Assembly: GCF_006345805.1 (NCBI RefSeq)
Contig: NW_021833065.1
Span: 496,001 to 560,000 of the forward strand
DNA length: 64,000 nt
Source of the DNA: Octopus sinensis
Lineage: Eukaryota
Direction of reading: 5' to 3'
Part shown: positions 34,201-45,084 of the stretch, in pieces
Numbering within the stretch: the stretch's first letter is position 1
Layout: each line of letters starts with the position of its first letter
Position numbers and translations under genes: made by a program
Notes under the pieces: generated by a model
Databases searched by the model: none
Seen by the model: only the letters and a program-made list of their open reading frames with translations
Told to the model about the DNA's origin: nothing

Positions 34201-37200
34201 TATGATTTTATCCAACATATTCCCCTCTCAGATTCAAACACTTATTGCAGCAATTCTTCAGTTTTTCTAAGCCCTGTAAAAGAACTCAGAAGGTTGGGCC
34301 TCCAACCAGGCCTTTTGTGATACCTTTAAAGCCAGGAAGTTTTTAGTTCCTTGTTTATAAGTTTGACTTTATAAGCATCATAAGATATTTGTTTATGATT
34401 ACAGCAGTAATTTACAAAGAGTTAGCCATTTGACAATATTGTGTAATCTCTTCAAATTCAGAGTGATAAGCAACACTCTAAAGTTGTCTCATCTTGAAAA
34501 AAGCTAGTTCAGAATTTCTTCATCCTTATTATATATATATTAAGTATCACTATCTAACCCTTTATAACAGGATTTACTGGGGGCACTAAATTCAAACCTT
34601 TTCTATAATTGTATTGTGAGCTGTAGATTTAACCAATTTGATTGGAAATGGATTCAATGAGTTGTTCCCAATTAAGATATTCAACTATAAAAGTGATTGC
34701 TGTAACGATATGTCAGTGTAAGAATTTTTCAGTGAGGCCATTATTGAAAGATGGATTTAAAGTATGAAAAAGATTTGTTATATATTGTAACCACTGTGCA
34801 TGTTGGTGGCAAATTGTACATTTTTTCTGTGCACATGTATGTGTGTTTGTGTCTGTGTGTGCACACGTATGTGTGTGTATGCACATGTATGTGTTTGTGT
34901 TTTACTGTCTCCTTCCCATGACATCTTGCAACAGTTGTAAATGAGTGTCATCATCATGTGTGCAATGTCCTTCATTTCCTGTTTTCTGTAAAAAAATATC
35001 TGATCTTGGAAACAGGTGATGGATGGCGATATGTAGGGCATCTGCTTGTAGAAAATCTGCCCCAACATACTGCGTCTGACCTATGCAAGCATGGAAAAGT
35101 GGATGTTAAAATGATGATATTTCGTTTTTGGATTTGGTTTGCAAGATTCTTTATGTGAGTTCGTGTGTTGAAGCATATTCTGTTGTGCCTGGGGAGAGTC
35201 ATTTTCTTTTTGTGCCTTATAATTTAACACACTCACTTAGGAAAATAAAAATAAGAAATAAGTGGAAATTTTACCGGTGAGTGTGTTAAATTATAAGGCA
35301 CAAAAAGAAAATGACTCTCCCCAGACATAAGAGAAAATGATGATAATACATGATGATATAAAAATTATAATGCTATAACTTTGTGTTTATGTAAAACAGT
35401 AGCTACATTATTTATATCTGTTTTATAACAATATAAATGGCTTTTATGATTTCAGTGTCTGATGAATTGTTATCCGCGTGAGTATATATATCCACTTTCT
35501 ATATATATATATATTAGTTTCAAATTTTGGCACAAGGCCAGCAATTTCGGGGAGGGGAATAAGTTAATTACATCGACCATAGTACTCATCTGGTACTTAT
35601 TTTATTGACCACGAAAGGATGAAAAGCAAAGTCAACCTTGGCAGGATTTGAACTCAGAATGTAAAGATGGATGAAATATCACTAAGCATTTTGCTTGGCA
35701 TGTGAACAAGCTTGCCACCTTACTTTATATATTAAGAATTGGTCTATTTTATCTGCATTTTCCCAGAAACATTTTCTGAAATTATGAAGCATAAGTCATA
35801 TTTACCAACATATTTACATTTATACACCTACTAGCAGTATCACCTGACGTTGCTCGGGTTTGTTTCGACCCTTTAGAATTGGAATTTTTGAAAAGTAAAA
35901 ATTTTGCATTATGTAGCTTGTTATCTCTCTATATATAAACGGCAGTTTGTCTGTGTGTGTTTCTGTGTGTCTGTTTGCTTGTACCCTCACCCTGACCACG
36001 GCTTTCAACCGATTCTGATGAAACTTGACACACACATAGCCCAATGTCATAATTCAAAACTAACGCAGCGAAAATTTTGAAAAGTTCCCCCAGTTCTGAA
36101 AAAAATCGATAAATTCGACATGGGGTCGAGAATCAGAAACACAAACCACAGACTGTCTAGGGGACGCAACTCCACCTTTTTAACTAAAAAAAAATTTACC
36201 ATAATTTTTTTTCCATTTTTTTGCTATTGTTTGGCTATAACTCTCTAAAAATGCTTTATAGTTATTTCCCTTACAAACCTGAGCAACGCCGGGCGATACT
36301 GCTAGTTCTCTTTAAATGAACATTTTTCTGGTTGAAATACACCGAAAAATGGTGACACAGCAGTCAAAAAATCATAAAAATAGGGATTTTCATAGAAAAA
36401 AAGCACCTTTTTGATGTAAATAATTTTTGGTGTTAACATAATCCGATTTGAATTTTTTCTTCTACGGAAGGAAGAGCAAACCTTCTTCTATCATACTCTC
36501 AATTTTGGTCAACTTGCGCCGCAGAGTCTTGGAGGAGATACTGTTAGTTGAAGGCTACCAAACCTGCCATACACTGACAACTTCAGCTTTATATATATAG
36601 AGATTTACATTTACACAGCTATATACTTAAGGAACTAATCTTAGAAATTTATTAAATATTTCCAGTTGATACTGGTTTTAATCTTTGTAGTTTCACCAGT
36701 CAATAAATATGTTATACACATCACACAAGTGTGATATTTAGAGTCTATTGCCAAATTTTTTGTGGGAACTGAGTTATTAGTTTTATCTATCTTAGAGATA
36801 TAGATTAATAGGATTTATGATGTTTGTAACTCTTGCAAAAGTTATTGTGCTGTTAATGAAGAGACATAGTCTCACCTATATTAGAATTTGATTATAGGAT
36901 TCAGCTCATCATTTAACGCTTGCTTTCCATGCTGGCATGGGTTGGACAGTTTGACAGGAGCTGGCTAGGCAGAAGACTGCACCATGCTTTGCTGTCTGTT
37001 TTGGCATGGTTTTTTTTTATAGCTGGATGCCCTTCCTAACACCAACCACTCCACAGATACCTCAACTTTAATTTACTCAAGATTAACTTGTTTATTGTAT
37101 CTGAAACTGATAACAGGCTCAACCTGAAATTCAGATTATATCTTATAGCATACTAATTTGCCACACTGTCTCAAGATACTATGTAACTTTGATGACTTAT

Positions 37201-40200
37201 AATGACTGACAAGAGATTATGTTGTATTTTTGTTTTATTCTTTTATTCTAGGCTTCAGTTCATTTACCAGACAAGTCTCATGCCTGCACTTGATATCATT
37301 GATAGAAAAGCCGTTACTCTGCTAGAATGCCCAAGTAAACGCCAATTATACACAGTACGTCTTCTATACAAAAAGTTTCGTATTTGTTTATAAGTAATAT
37401 TGCATGTGGAAATTGCTTTACAGCTGAGTTTATATGGTGCTGGACTCACAATGAAGGGTGGCAGTTCATACTCTGGCACTGAGAAAGGACTATGTCCATA
37501 ACCATGAATTGAACACTTAAATGGCTCAATCCACCTAGGTGTAAATGGATAGCACAAATGTTACAGCTCAACACTGTGCAGCAGCATTAATATGAAGTAG
37601 TAGGAACCATGGAAATCCCACATTTTATAAATTTCCTTATTTCTATTTTTACAACAGTCTTTCATTATGTTTAAGATTTCACTTACATTTTCAATTTTGT
37701 TCCATAGTTAAGGTAAAATTATAACACTTGAAGATATATCATAACATTGTGGAATAATATGCATACATATGAGATATATATATCTATATATATATGATAT
37801 GTCTGGCTGGGCATTAAATGATGATGATGTTGACAATTCATGATATATATCATGTTTATAATGATGAGGATGATGACGATCATCATTTGATATCCTTCAA
37901 ATGTCCAATTTTTCGCATGGATTAAAACGAAATTTGTCAAGGCAAATTTTCTATGGCTAGATGCCCTTCCTGTTGTCAAATCTCATCCAAGCAAGGTTAT
38001 ATTTTCCATGGCTGCACATCGTTTTTTTTTATAGAAGACTGGAAAAGAAAACATCCTTGAACAAGTGGTGCTTGTTTATCATTTGATGTCAAGAAAAGGA
38101 TACACACATACACAAATATACATTATACTGCTTTCAGTTATTATCTACCAAATCCACTCACAATGCTTTGGTCAGCCTGGAGCTATATCAGAAGACACCC
38201 TAGGAGCCATGTAGCAGGGCTAAACTTGAAATCACATGGCTGAGAAGCAATCCTCTTAACCACACACACACAAATTTAGTGTATGCATATGAAACAGCAT
38301 TAAATTAAAATACTCATCTATGTATTATACTTGCTGTATATACACTGTTGACACGCACAATGCTATAGTATTTGTCTGACTGAAAGTCTCTTCATAGAAA
38401 TGCTGTGTTATAAAACATAATATATATTGGAGTGAGGCAATTATCATGACTCATGAGAATGCCAGATGTGTGTTGGCCTACCTGGGTCTAGTCAATGACA
38501 TGTACTCACTAATCTCATACCTCAGTGAAATCAATTCTCTCTGATACATGGGAAACAGGGAATAATATATTCACTGATATTGCAGAAAGTCTACTAAGAT
38601 GAAGTTCAGTGTTTTGTAATTCTGAAATTCTGATGTAACTTTACCTTTTCAAACCTCTCTGGTCTAAAGCCGTACTTCTTCCTTATCAATCCATAATATT
38701 TGTTCTCTCGGCTTCTAACATCCATTTACAATGTTCTTACTCGAGCAGTTATCTCCCCTGCTTACAATATCTTACTGTCTTTCATATTCTATCACTTTCT
38801 CAATTCACTGTATTTAATTTTTGTGAAAACATCTCTTACATAATGAACTATACATAGCTCATTTCTCTCATGAATTGCTGTCTTCAATGTTATACAATAT
38901 CATAGTTCTTAAATGTATTTTTTATAATGTCTTACAGAGAGACAATTCCTTTGCTTCTCACAATTTGTCCATCATATGTTGTTTACAGTGTTACATTTAT
39001 CATGTTTATTGTGCAGGTAATGGGCACTTCAGGAATTGTGTATATTTGTTTCCCTGACAGCAAATATTGTTCCTGTCCTGCTTATAACTATTCAGGTAAA
39101 GTATCATACAAGTGCTCATTTACTTTTTTACTGATTTCATGTTAACTGGAAGCGGATGGATTTTGTTAATATGGACATATTAATAGTTGTGCTAACTACC
39201 AAACTGAAGCCTGAGTGTAACCACTTGTCACTCAGAATGAGTTATAATCTTGCTAGGCAATGCAGCATAATACTCATAGTAAGATTCTTAACCTTACTCT
39301 CATTGTATCTCTTGGTGTTGAAGGCAAGTATTTTAGTATGTTTGTAAAGAACTGACAGATTCCAACAGTGTTAGGAGTCTAAAGAAATCTGAAGAGTAAA
39401 ATGCATGCTTCTGTGCCGGTGGCACATAAAAAGCACCATCCGAATGTGGCTGATGCCAGCGCCACCTTGGCTGGCTTCCGTGCCGGTGGCACGTTAAAAG
39501 CACCAACCAATCGTGGCTGATGCGAGATTCCCCTGGCACCTGTGCCGGTGGCACGTAAAAAGCACCCACTACACTCGCGGAGTGGTTGGCATTAGGAAGG
39601 GCATCCAGCTGTAGAAACACTGCCAGATCAGACTGGAGCCTGGTGCAGCCCCTGGCTTCCCAGACCCTGGTCGAACCGTCCAACCCGTGCTAGCGCACAA
39701 AACAGACGTTAAACGATGATGATGATGAAGTGAAGTTATTATTTTCTATGGGATTTTTTCATTTTGTTTTCTCACAAAAATTAGAAGTCAAATTAAATTT
39801 AATATACGAACTAGACTTGTGCATGTACTGTCTTAAGAAGAAAAAAATAAATAGAATTTCAATTGCTGATTCCCACTGATTTTAAATTGAATAATTTTGA
39901 ATGCAAGAAAACTTTTATCTATCTTTTTCACTTTATTTCATCCACTTTTTTTAAAATTTGGTTTTTGCTTCATTAATATATCACATTTTCACTTAGAAAT
40001 GAGTATTTTACACAAACACAAGGTCTCAAATATGAAGTTCAAAGAAAATGTGAAGTGTGATGTCTCTCTTAGAGAAATGAAATGAAATTCCTTCAATTGG
40101 AATTAAAACTGATATAGAGATTTAGCCTGTAAGGAACTTATATTGTATCAGAGTGCTTATCCATGTGATATTAAACAGTAAATCATTTCACAGAATTAAA

Positions 40201-40874
40201 TTATTGTTAAAGAGGAGATTGCTCTTGAGCATGATTTAAAAAGTAGTTGTGTTAGTTGTTTTACATAATTGGAAAGGATAGGAAATTTTAAAACATATTA
40301 ACCAAAGGCTGTCACAAAACAGTAATTATCACTGTAATGATGAAATTATGAGCACATTTGATTACTGCAGAAAGTTAAAATGTTATTCTGTTTATCTTTC
40401 ATCTTTTAAATACTTTGTCTGCTAATCATATACATTCAACTTCATATATGAGGTCAGCTTCCAGAGATACCCAGGTATCCTTTCAAATTACTGTGAATTA
40501 ATGCTATAATAAATCTGCAAGGCCTGATTTGCAACAGTGTTTGCTATGAAATCCCTTTGTATGACATCATCATCACAAACTGAATAATTTTGTGGAGTTG
40601 TTTCTGGTTCTTGTGTAAATGAGCTGAAAAAGTAACAGCACATTAAAGATGTATATATATATATATATTGGTGGACGCACGCAGTTGTCGAGTGGTACCC
40701 GCGTGATCGGAAAAGACCACCCGGAAGACCTCCACGATGGTGGAATGACGATTTCAGGAGGACGATTGGGATCACGTAGATGAGAAAGGCGTGATCCAGA
40801 GAGGAGTGGACAGCGTGCTGTGACCAGCGGTGTCAAATGGACGCCTGACGGACTGGTCGGTCAAAGTGATCAAA

Positions 40875-40915
<41 letters not shown>

Positions 40916-42665
40916 ACAAGGCATGTTTATATGTATATCTAATTACAAATTAGTAATGTAATAATAGAGATTATAGTGAGATGTGTTAATAAAGATTATG
41001 GTGAGATGTGTTAATACATAGTTTTTCCATGTTTCAGTCCTTTTGAAAGATGACCACATCATGGTAAGTTATAAACCCTTCACATAAGTAATCTTTATAA
41101 CTGGATATCATTAAGCTGTTTAATGTACACTCTATCCCCTGTTTTCTCCATTTATCTACCACTAAGCTATCTATATGTTCATGAAATATTCCTGTATTTC
41201 TGAAATTACCTATATAACCATTTTTATTGTAATGTAACTGTGTTCATTCTGAAAGTTCATGGAAAGGTTAAGGATACTGACTCACTTCTTCAGACTAGAT
41301 TATATAAAATCTTTGCTCTTAGTTTACAATATATCTCCAGTTTATTGCTTTTCAGTTTAATGAGCAGGTTTCATTTGATAATGTACTCTCTGTTACCTAC
41401 ATTTGACTCATACTTGATGTATGTTGACAACCTAACCCTGCTTCAGCACAATTATTCGAAAGGGCAAACTGTAGCCTGGATTCATTTACCAGTTTCTAAG
41501 ATTCCCATGGGCCTTTTGATAGTGATTTTATTCACCCTCCCCAACACATGTACATATGTGTGTGTGTATGTTTGTGCTTCTTTTTCTTGACATCACCTAA
41601 TAGTTGTAAATGAGTGTTATCATTTGCAAGTAGTGTCATTCGTTTTTCATCTTACATAAAATCAAGTCAGGTCATGAGGAAATATTGCCTTGCTTGAAAA
41701 CACAAGTATCAGTTGCTGACAGGGAAGGCATCCAGCTGATAGAAATTTGCCTCAACAAATTCCGTCTGACCCTTGTAACATGGAAATGTAGGTGTTAAAA
41801 TGAGGATGATTTTGATGAAAACTCAAACACCAAACTGGCATGGTGTCTGTTTTTTTGTTTTGTTTTTTATTAATTAAATTATCACTTTTAAATAATAGAG
41901 TGTATAACTCAACACACCACCAACATGCTAACAGAATTAACATTGGATGAGTAGGGTAGTAGGCTAGTGGGGTATTAAGAACACCATCCGACCATGATCG
42001 TTACCAGCATCGCCTTACTGGCACCTGTGCCTGTGGCATGTGTAAAAGATTCGAGTGAGGTCGTTGCCAGTACCACCTGACTGGCCCCGTGCCGGTGGCA
42101 TGTAAAAGCACCCACTACACTCTTGGAGTGGTTGGCGTTAGGAAGGGCATCCAGCTGTAGAAACTCTGCCAGATCAAGATTGAAGCCTGGTGCAGCCATC
42201 TGGTTCGCCAGCCCTCAGTCATTTGTCCAACCCATGCTAGCATGGAAAGCGGACGTTAAACGATGACGATGATGATGTATTCATTACGCATATGGTGTTT
42301 CATAGCTGCAGCCAATGAAATATTATACATTAGTCATAAGATGTCTCCAAGCTATTGTTTTTAGTATCTTTGTTTTCAAAGGTTTGTTGTTGCATTTATT
42401 TTGTTTTTACACTCAAGTATATATTTATATTTGTATATTAATATATTGTATATTAAAATTTCTCACATTATATATGAATATATTTTCAGTGGATCTAAAA
42501 GAGTAGTTAAGCTGGTACCTATGTCAAGTATATTTTCATTTTACTTATGTCTATTTCTAGTGCAAGCATATTTTGGCCATAAAACTTTCTAATGCCATGA
42601 ATGTCACTGTGAGACGCAATATATCTGACAAAGAGATGAGATCTATGCTGTTGCATATGGAATAA
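30412..42665 (+). CDS. ZSWIM7: Zinc finger SWIM domain protein 7 (SWS1, Shu complex), spliced, about 138 aa
   Basis: Exons 10(tentative)+72+22+103+79+26+105 = 417 nt in frame: (MQHD)VLLSTVETQLMSEVSRVYKETNSLSDELLSALQFIYQTSLMPALDIIDRKAVTLLECPSKRQLYTVMGTSGIVYICFPDSKYCSCPAYNYSVLLKDDHIMCKHILAIKLSNAMNVTVRRNISDKEMRSMLLHME*. SWIM motif CxC...CxH; ALDIIDR resembles ALDLVDR of vertebrate ZSWIM7 as I recall it. Confidence 0.9.
31694..31968 (-). mobile_element. SINE family B
   Basis: (ATC)n-gtttaacg tail, core, two modules. Confidence 0.9.
33032..33103 (+). CDS. ZSWIM7: ZSWIM7 exon (72 nt)
   Basis: tttttttctccccag acceptor; VLLSTVETQLMSEVSRVYKETNS; donor GTAAGA. Confidence 0.88.
33400..34125 (+). mobile_element. 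RTE-BovB-like LINE fragment (linker plus RT N-terminus)
   Basis: WKEHFLSLLNQ; SPGLDNLPGELLK; GDRKICGNYCGISLLS; QYGFRPSRGTTDMIFCA; DLEKAFDTV. Confidence 0.9.
34138..34359 (-). mobile_element. Mariner-derived MITE
   Basis: TA-flanked TIRs (gctgaaaagttcctgg / ccaggaagttttta); minus strand retains a mariner-like C-terminus (LEAQPSEFFYR..GEYV-like, frame-broken). Confidence 0.7.
34860..35118 (+). mobile_element. SINE family C (shares gggcatc..gtagaaaa core and gttaaaatgatgat tail)
   Basis: Matches 41560-41820 and the reverse complement of 37868-37998. Confidence 0.75.
35189..35324. repeat. Perfect 48-bp inverted repeat, 40-nt spacer
   Basis: 35189-35236 is the exact reverse complement of 35277-35324. 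Confidence 0.97.
35456..35477 (+). CDS. ZSWIM7: ZSWIM7 22-nt micro-exon
   Basis: atttcag|tg tct gat gaa ttg tta tcc gc|GTGAGT = (L)SDELLS(A); phases match both neighbours. Confidence 0.9.
35517..35721 (-). mobile_element. SINE family A, decayed
   Basis: Core and tail; starts 40 bp after the 22-nt micro-exon. Confidence 0.88.
35831..36603 (-). mobile_element. Helitron family 2 (host of a nested Helitron)
   Basis: Colinear with 23498-23886 apart from the insertion at 35924-36305. Confidence 0.88.
35924..36305 (+). mobile_element. Helitron family 1 variant nested in a family 2 Helitron
   Basis: A|TC start, 3' hairpin gagcaacgccggg, CTAG|T end, no TSD. Confidence 0.9.
36906..37056 (-). mobile_element. 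SINE family B 3' part
   Basis: tcatcatttaacgc..ccatgctggcatgggttggac..ggatgcccttcctaacaccaacc. Confidence 0.85.
37252..37354 (+). CDS. ZSWIM7: ZSWIM7 exon (103 nt)
   Basis: ttttattctag acceptor; LQFIYQTSLMPALDIIDRKAVTLLECPSKRQLYT; donor GTACGT. Confidence 0.93.
37868..37998 (-). mobile_element. SINE family C 3' part, decayed
   Basis: ggcaaattttctatggctagatgcccttcctgttgtc. Confidence 0.7.
38125..38265 (-). mobile_element. SINE family D head, decayed
   Basis: tctaccaaatccactcacaatgctttggtcagcc..aaccacaca. Confidence 0.75.
39017..39095 (+). CDS. ZSWIM7: ZSWIM7 exon (79 nt), SWIM CxC
   Basis: VMGTSGIVYICFPDSKYCSCPAYNYS + g; CAG acceptor, GTAAAG donor. Confidence 0.93.
39405..39727 (+). mobile_element. 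SINE family B with three modules
   Basis: gtgccggtggcac modules at about 39412, 39480 and 39541; (GAT)n tail. Confidence 0.92.
40669..40878 (+). mobile_element. RTE-clade 3' fragment inserted in (TA)n
   Basis: WTHAVVEWYPRDRKRPPGRPPRWW..; tail (TCAAAGTGA)2; (TA)n on both sides. Confidence 0.85.
41038..41063 (+). CDS. ZSWIM7: ZSWIM7 26-nt micro-exon
   Basis: tttttccatgtttcag|tc ctt ttg aaa gat gac cac atc atg|GTAAGT = (V)LLKDDHIM; restores frame between the CxC and CxH exons. Confidence 0.9.
41560..41820 (+). mobile_element. SINE family C, decayed
   Basis: gttgtaaatgagtg..gggaaggcatccagctgatagaaatttgcctcaacaaattccgtctgaccc..gttaaaatgaggatgat. Confidence 0.75.
41975..42277 (+). mobile_element. 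SINE family B (two modules)
   Basis: Core and gacgttaaacgatgacgatgatgatg tail. Confidence 0.92.
42561..42665 (+). CDS. ZSWIM7: ZSWIM7 last coding exon, SWIM CxH and stop
   Basis: ctatttctag|CKHILAIKLSNAMNVTVRRNISDKEMRSMLLHME-TAA (42663-42665). Confidence 0.93.
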   Translation, partial: CKHILAIKLSNAMNVTVRRNISDKEMRSMLLHME

Positions 42666-43919
42666 ATGACGTGCACCAGAATCAAATCTGAAAACAATGA
42701 ATGCCTTGGTAGGGTGACAATGAAGATGTTGAAACCAGCAAAATGAGAATATTAACAATTCAGAAGATAAAATACTTTACAGTGTATTCTTTACTCTAAT
42801 TGTTTAACATAGATGTCAACCAAATATTCTTAGAAGGGCAATATCTCATTAGTTAGGTATAAACTCCTAAAAGACACACAGCATTTGAGGACTCTTAAAT
42901 GACTTAGAACTCTGAGTATTTAGCAATCTGTGAAATTATCCTTTTCTATGTCTATTGGAGGTAGTCTGGGATTTTCATGTGTGTATAGCAACAGAAACAT
43001 TTCAAATATGAAAGCAGTACACTAATGTGGATTGTTTTTGTGCTGTGTAGTAAGGTCAAAGTTGAAATAATAATTTCAAATTTAATTGGTATGCAGTTTT
43101 GGTTGTATATGACATTGCCAGTCAGAGACTGTGAAGCTTAAAGTTTGTGGTAATTTTTAAGGACAAATTATTTGCTACACTTGTAAATAAAATAAATATT
43201 TTTTTATTCATTCTCACATTTTGTTTTGATAGTTTGTTATTGCATTCTGTATTGTTGAAGAAAACTTAGTTTTTATCTGTAAGACAATTTTTAACAGAAA
43301 TATATTTGTGTATTGAATTATGCTGAAGGATTTGAACTTTAATGCATTGCAGACTGAACTCTCAGTGTCCAGTATATAAATTTCAAATTTAGATGAAGCT
43401 TGCCACCTAAACTGTAAGGCTTCTTTTTGATGAAGTAAAAATACCCCAATGAACTGAAGGGATAAATGAGAAATTGTATTGTTTGTGTATATCCTAAGAG
43501 CATTTGGAACAAAAGTTAGTGAATTGCCTTTAACCAGGGTAGAGTTGGCCTGTAGTATGCTTATCTCTTGGATGAGTACTTTATTATCTTTTAATGTTGA
43601 ATTCAAAGCATACAATGAGCATAACTTAGAGGTGAATGAACTTAACCAGTTCATGTCCCAGGCATACTAATCTAGAACTGATCTTGTTAACAAAAAATTA
43701 CTGCTTATTGTGGTGGAGTTATAAAATGGACCCAATACACCCTACAAAACCGTAAAAACTATGCCAAAAATTGTAATGTACAAGTGAAATGTCATTGATT
43801 GCCTCATCTGGAGGGGCAGTAACAATGAATAAGGACTGATTTGGATCTTAATGATACATCCAACCCATGTTGGTATGGAAAATGGGCAGGTTTGAAGAGA
43901 AATAGTTACTGTATTGATG

Positions 43920-44368
43920 ACCTTGTTTCCATAAGCTATGTGGTTGAAGAGTGATTTAGGGTGACCTGCTGTGCTTGAGGAGACCTATTGAGTCAAGTAC
44001 ATCAACATCAAAATAAATATCAAATGGAAATTGTAGTTGTGATACCTGTGCCGGTGGCATGTAAAAAGCACCGTTCGAACTTGGCCAATGCCAGCGCCGC
44101 CTTGACTGTCTTCTGTGCCAGTGGCACGTAAAAAGCGCCAACCGATCGTGGCCACTGCCAGCCTCCCCTGGCACCTGTGCTGGTGGCATATAAAAAGAAC
44201 CCACTACACTCATGGAGTGGTTGGCGTTAGGAAGGGCATCCAGCTGTAGAAACACTGCCAGATCAGACTGAAGCCTGGTGCAGCCACCTGGCTTCCCAGA
44301 TCCCTGTCAAACCGTCCAACCCGTGCTAGCATGGAAAACGGACGTTAAACGATGATGATGATGATGAT
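43920..44368 (+). mobile_element. SINE family B, longest copy (5' extension plus three modules)
   Basis: gggtgacctgctgtgcttgaggagacctattgagtcaag leader, modules at about 44047, 44115 and 44175, (GAT)n tail. Confidence 0.9.
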
Positions 44369-45084
44369 ATAGCCTAGAATAGTCTGTCTGTTTTCTATTT
44401 TAAGATTCTTTTTCAAAATACTCTACAGAACCTGTTCATCAATTCTGATTGTCAAAACATGTATAGCAACTTAGCTTTGTATGTTGTATCATCAGTCTGA
44501 CTCTACTGCTTCCACAATGGTGGGGTTTGGCTGGGTTGGGAGCAGGGGTAAGGTCATTAGGACCTGGTGGTCCATTCAGACCTTCATCTGACTGCTTGTT
44601 TTAGTGTATTACTTCTGCACTCATCATCTGACCATAGCATGCTGCAAAAGTGATGACAAGTCAAGGGTTAACATCTATATATAAACATCTTTTGCTGTGA
44701 TCTTTATATTCTTCTTTCCCACTTCAGAATCAGCCTATTGACAGGCTTGTGTTGCTTAGGCTCTGTTTGTATCTTTGCCTTGTTATTGGTATTGGTATTA
44801 TAAACCAAGTATACACTTGCTTATGACCTACCCCATTCAAGGAAGCACATCTCTTGCTTCACCTCTGCCAGGTTTCTCAAAATCTTCTTTTGAGGACATG
44901 GAAACTCTCCCTGTTACTTGCAATACAGGAGTATGTCATCTTTTTGGATAAAATCCCTTGTTTTTCTCAATAAATAACATCTTCTTTCCTTTTTCTTTAG
45001 CCTTATTTCCTTAAAGTATAATGATACAAATAAACTAAGAAACGTAATTACTATCTCAAGCAACACTACACGTGTGAACATATG

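Noticed and set aside
43214-43654. 146-aa ORF
   Set aside because: No recognisable motif or splice context; at most a faint ancient LINE-like resemblance
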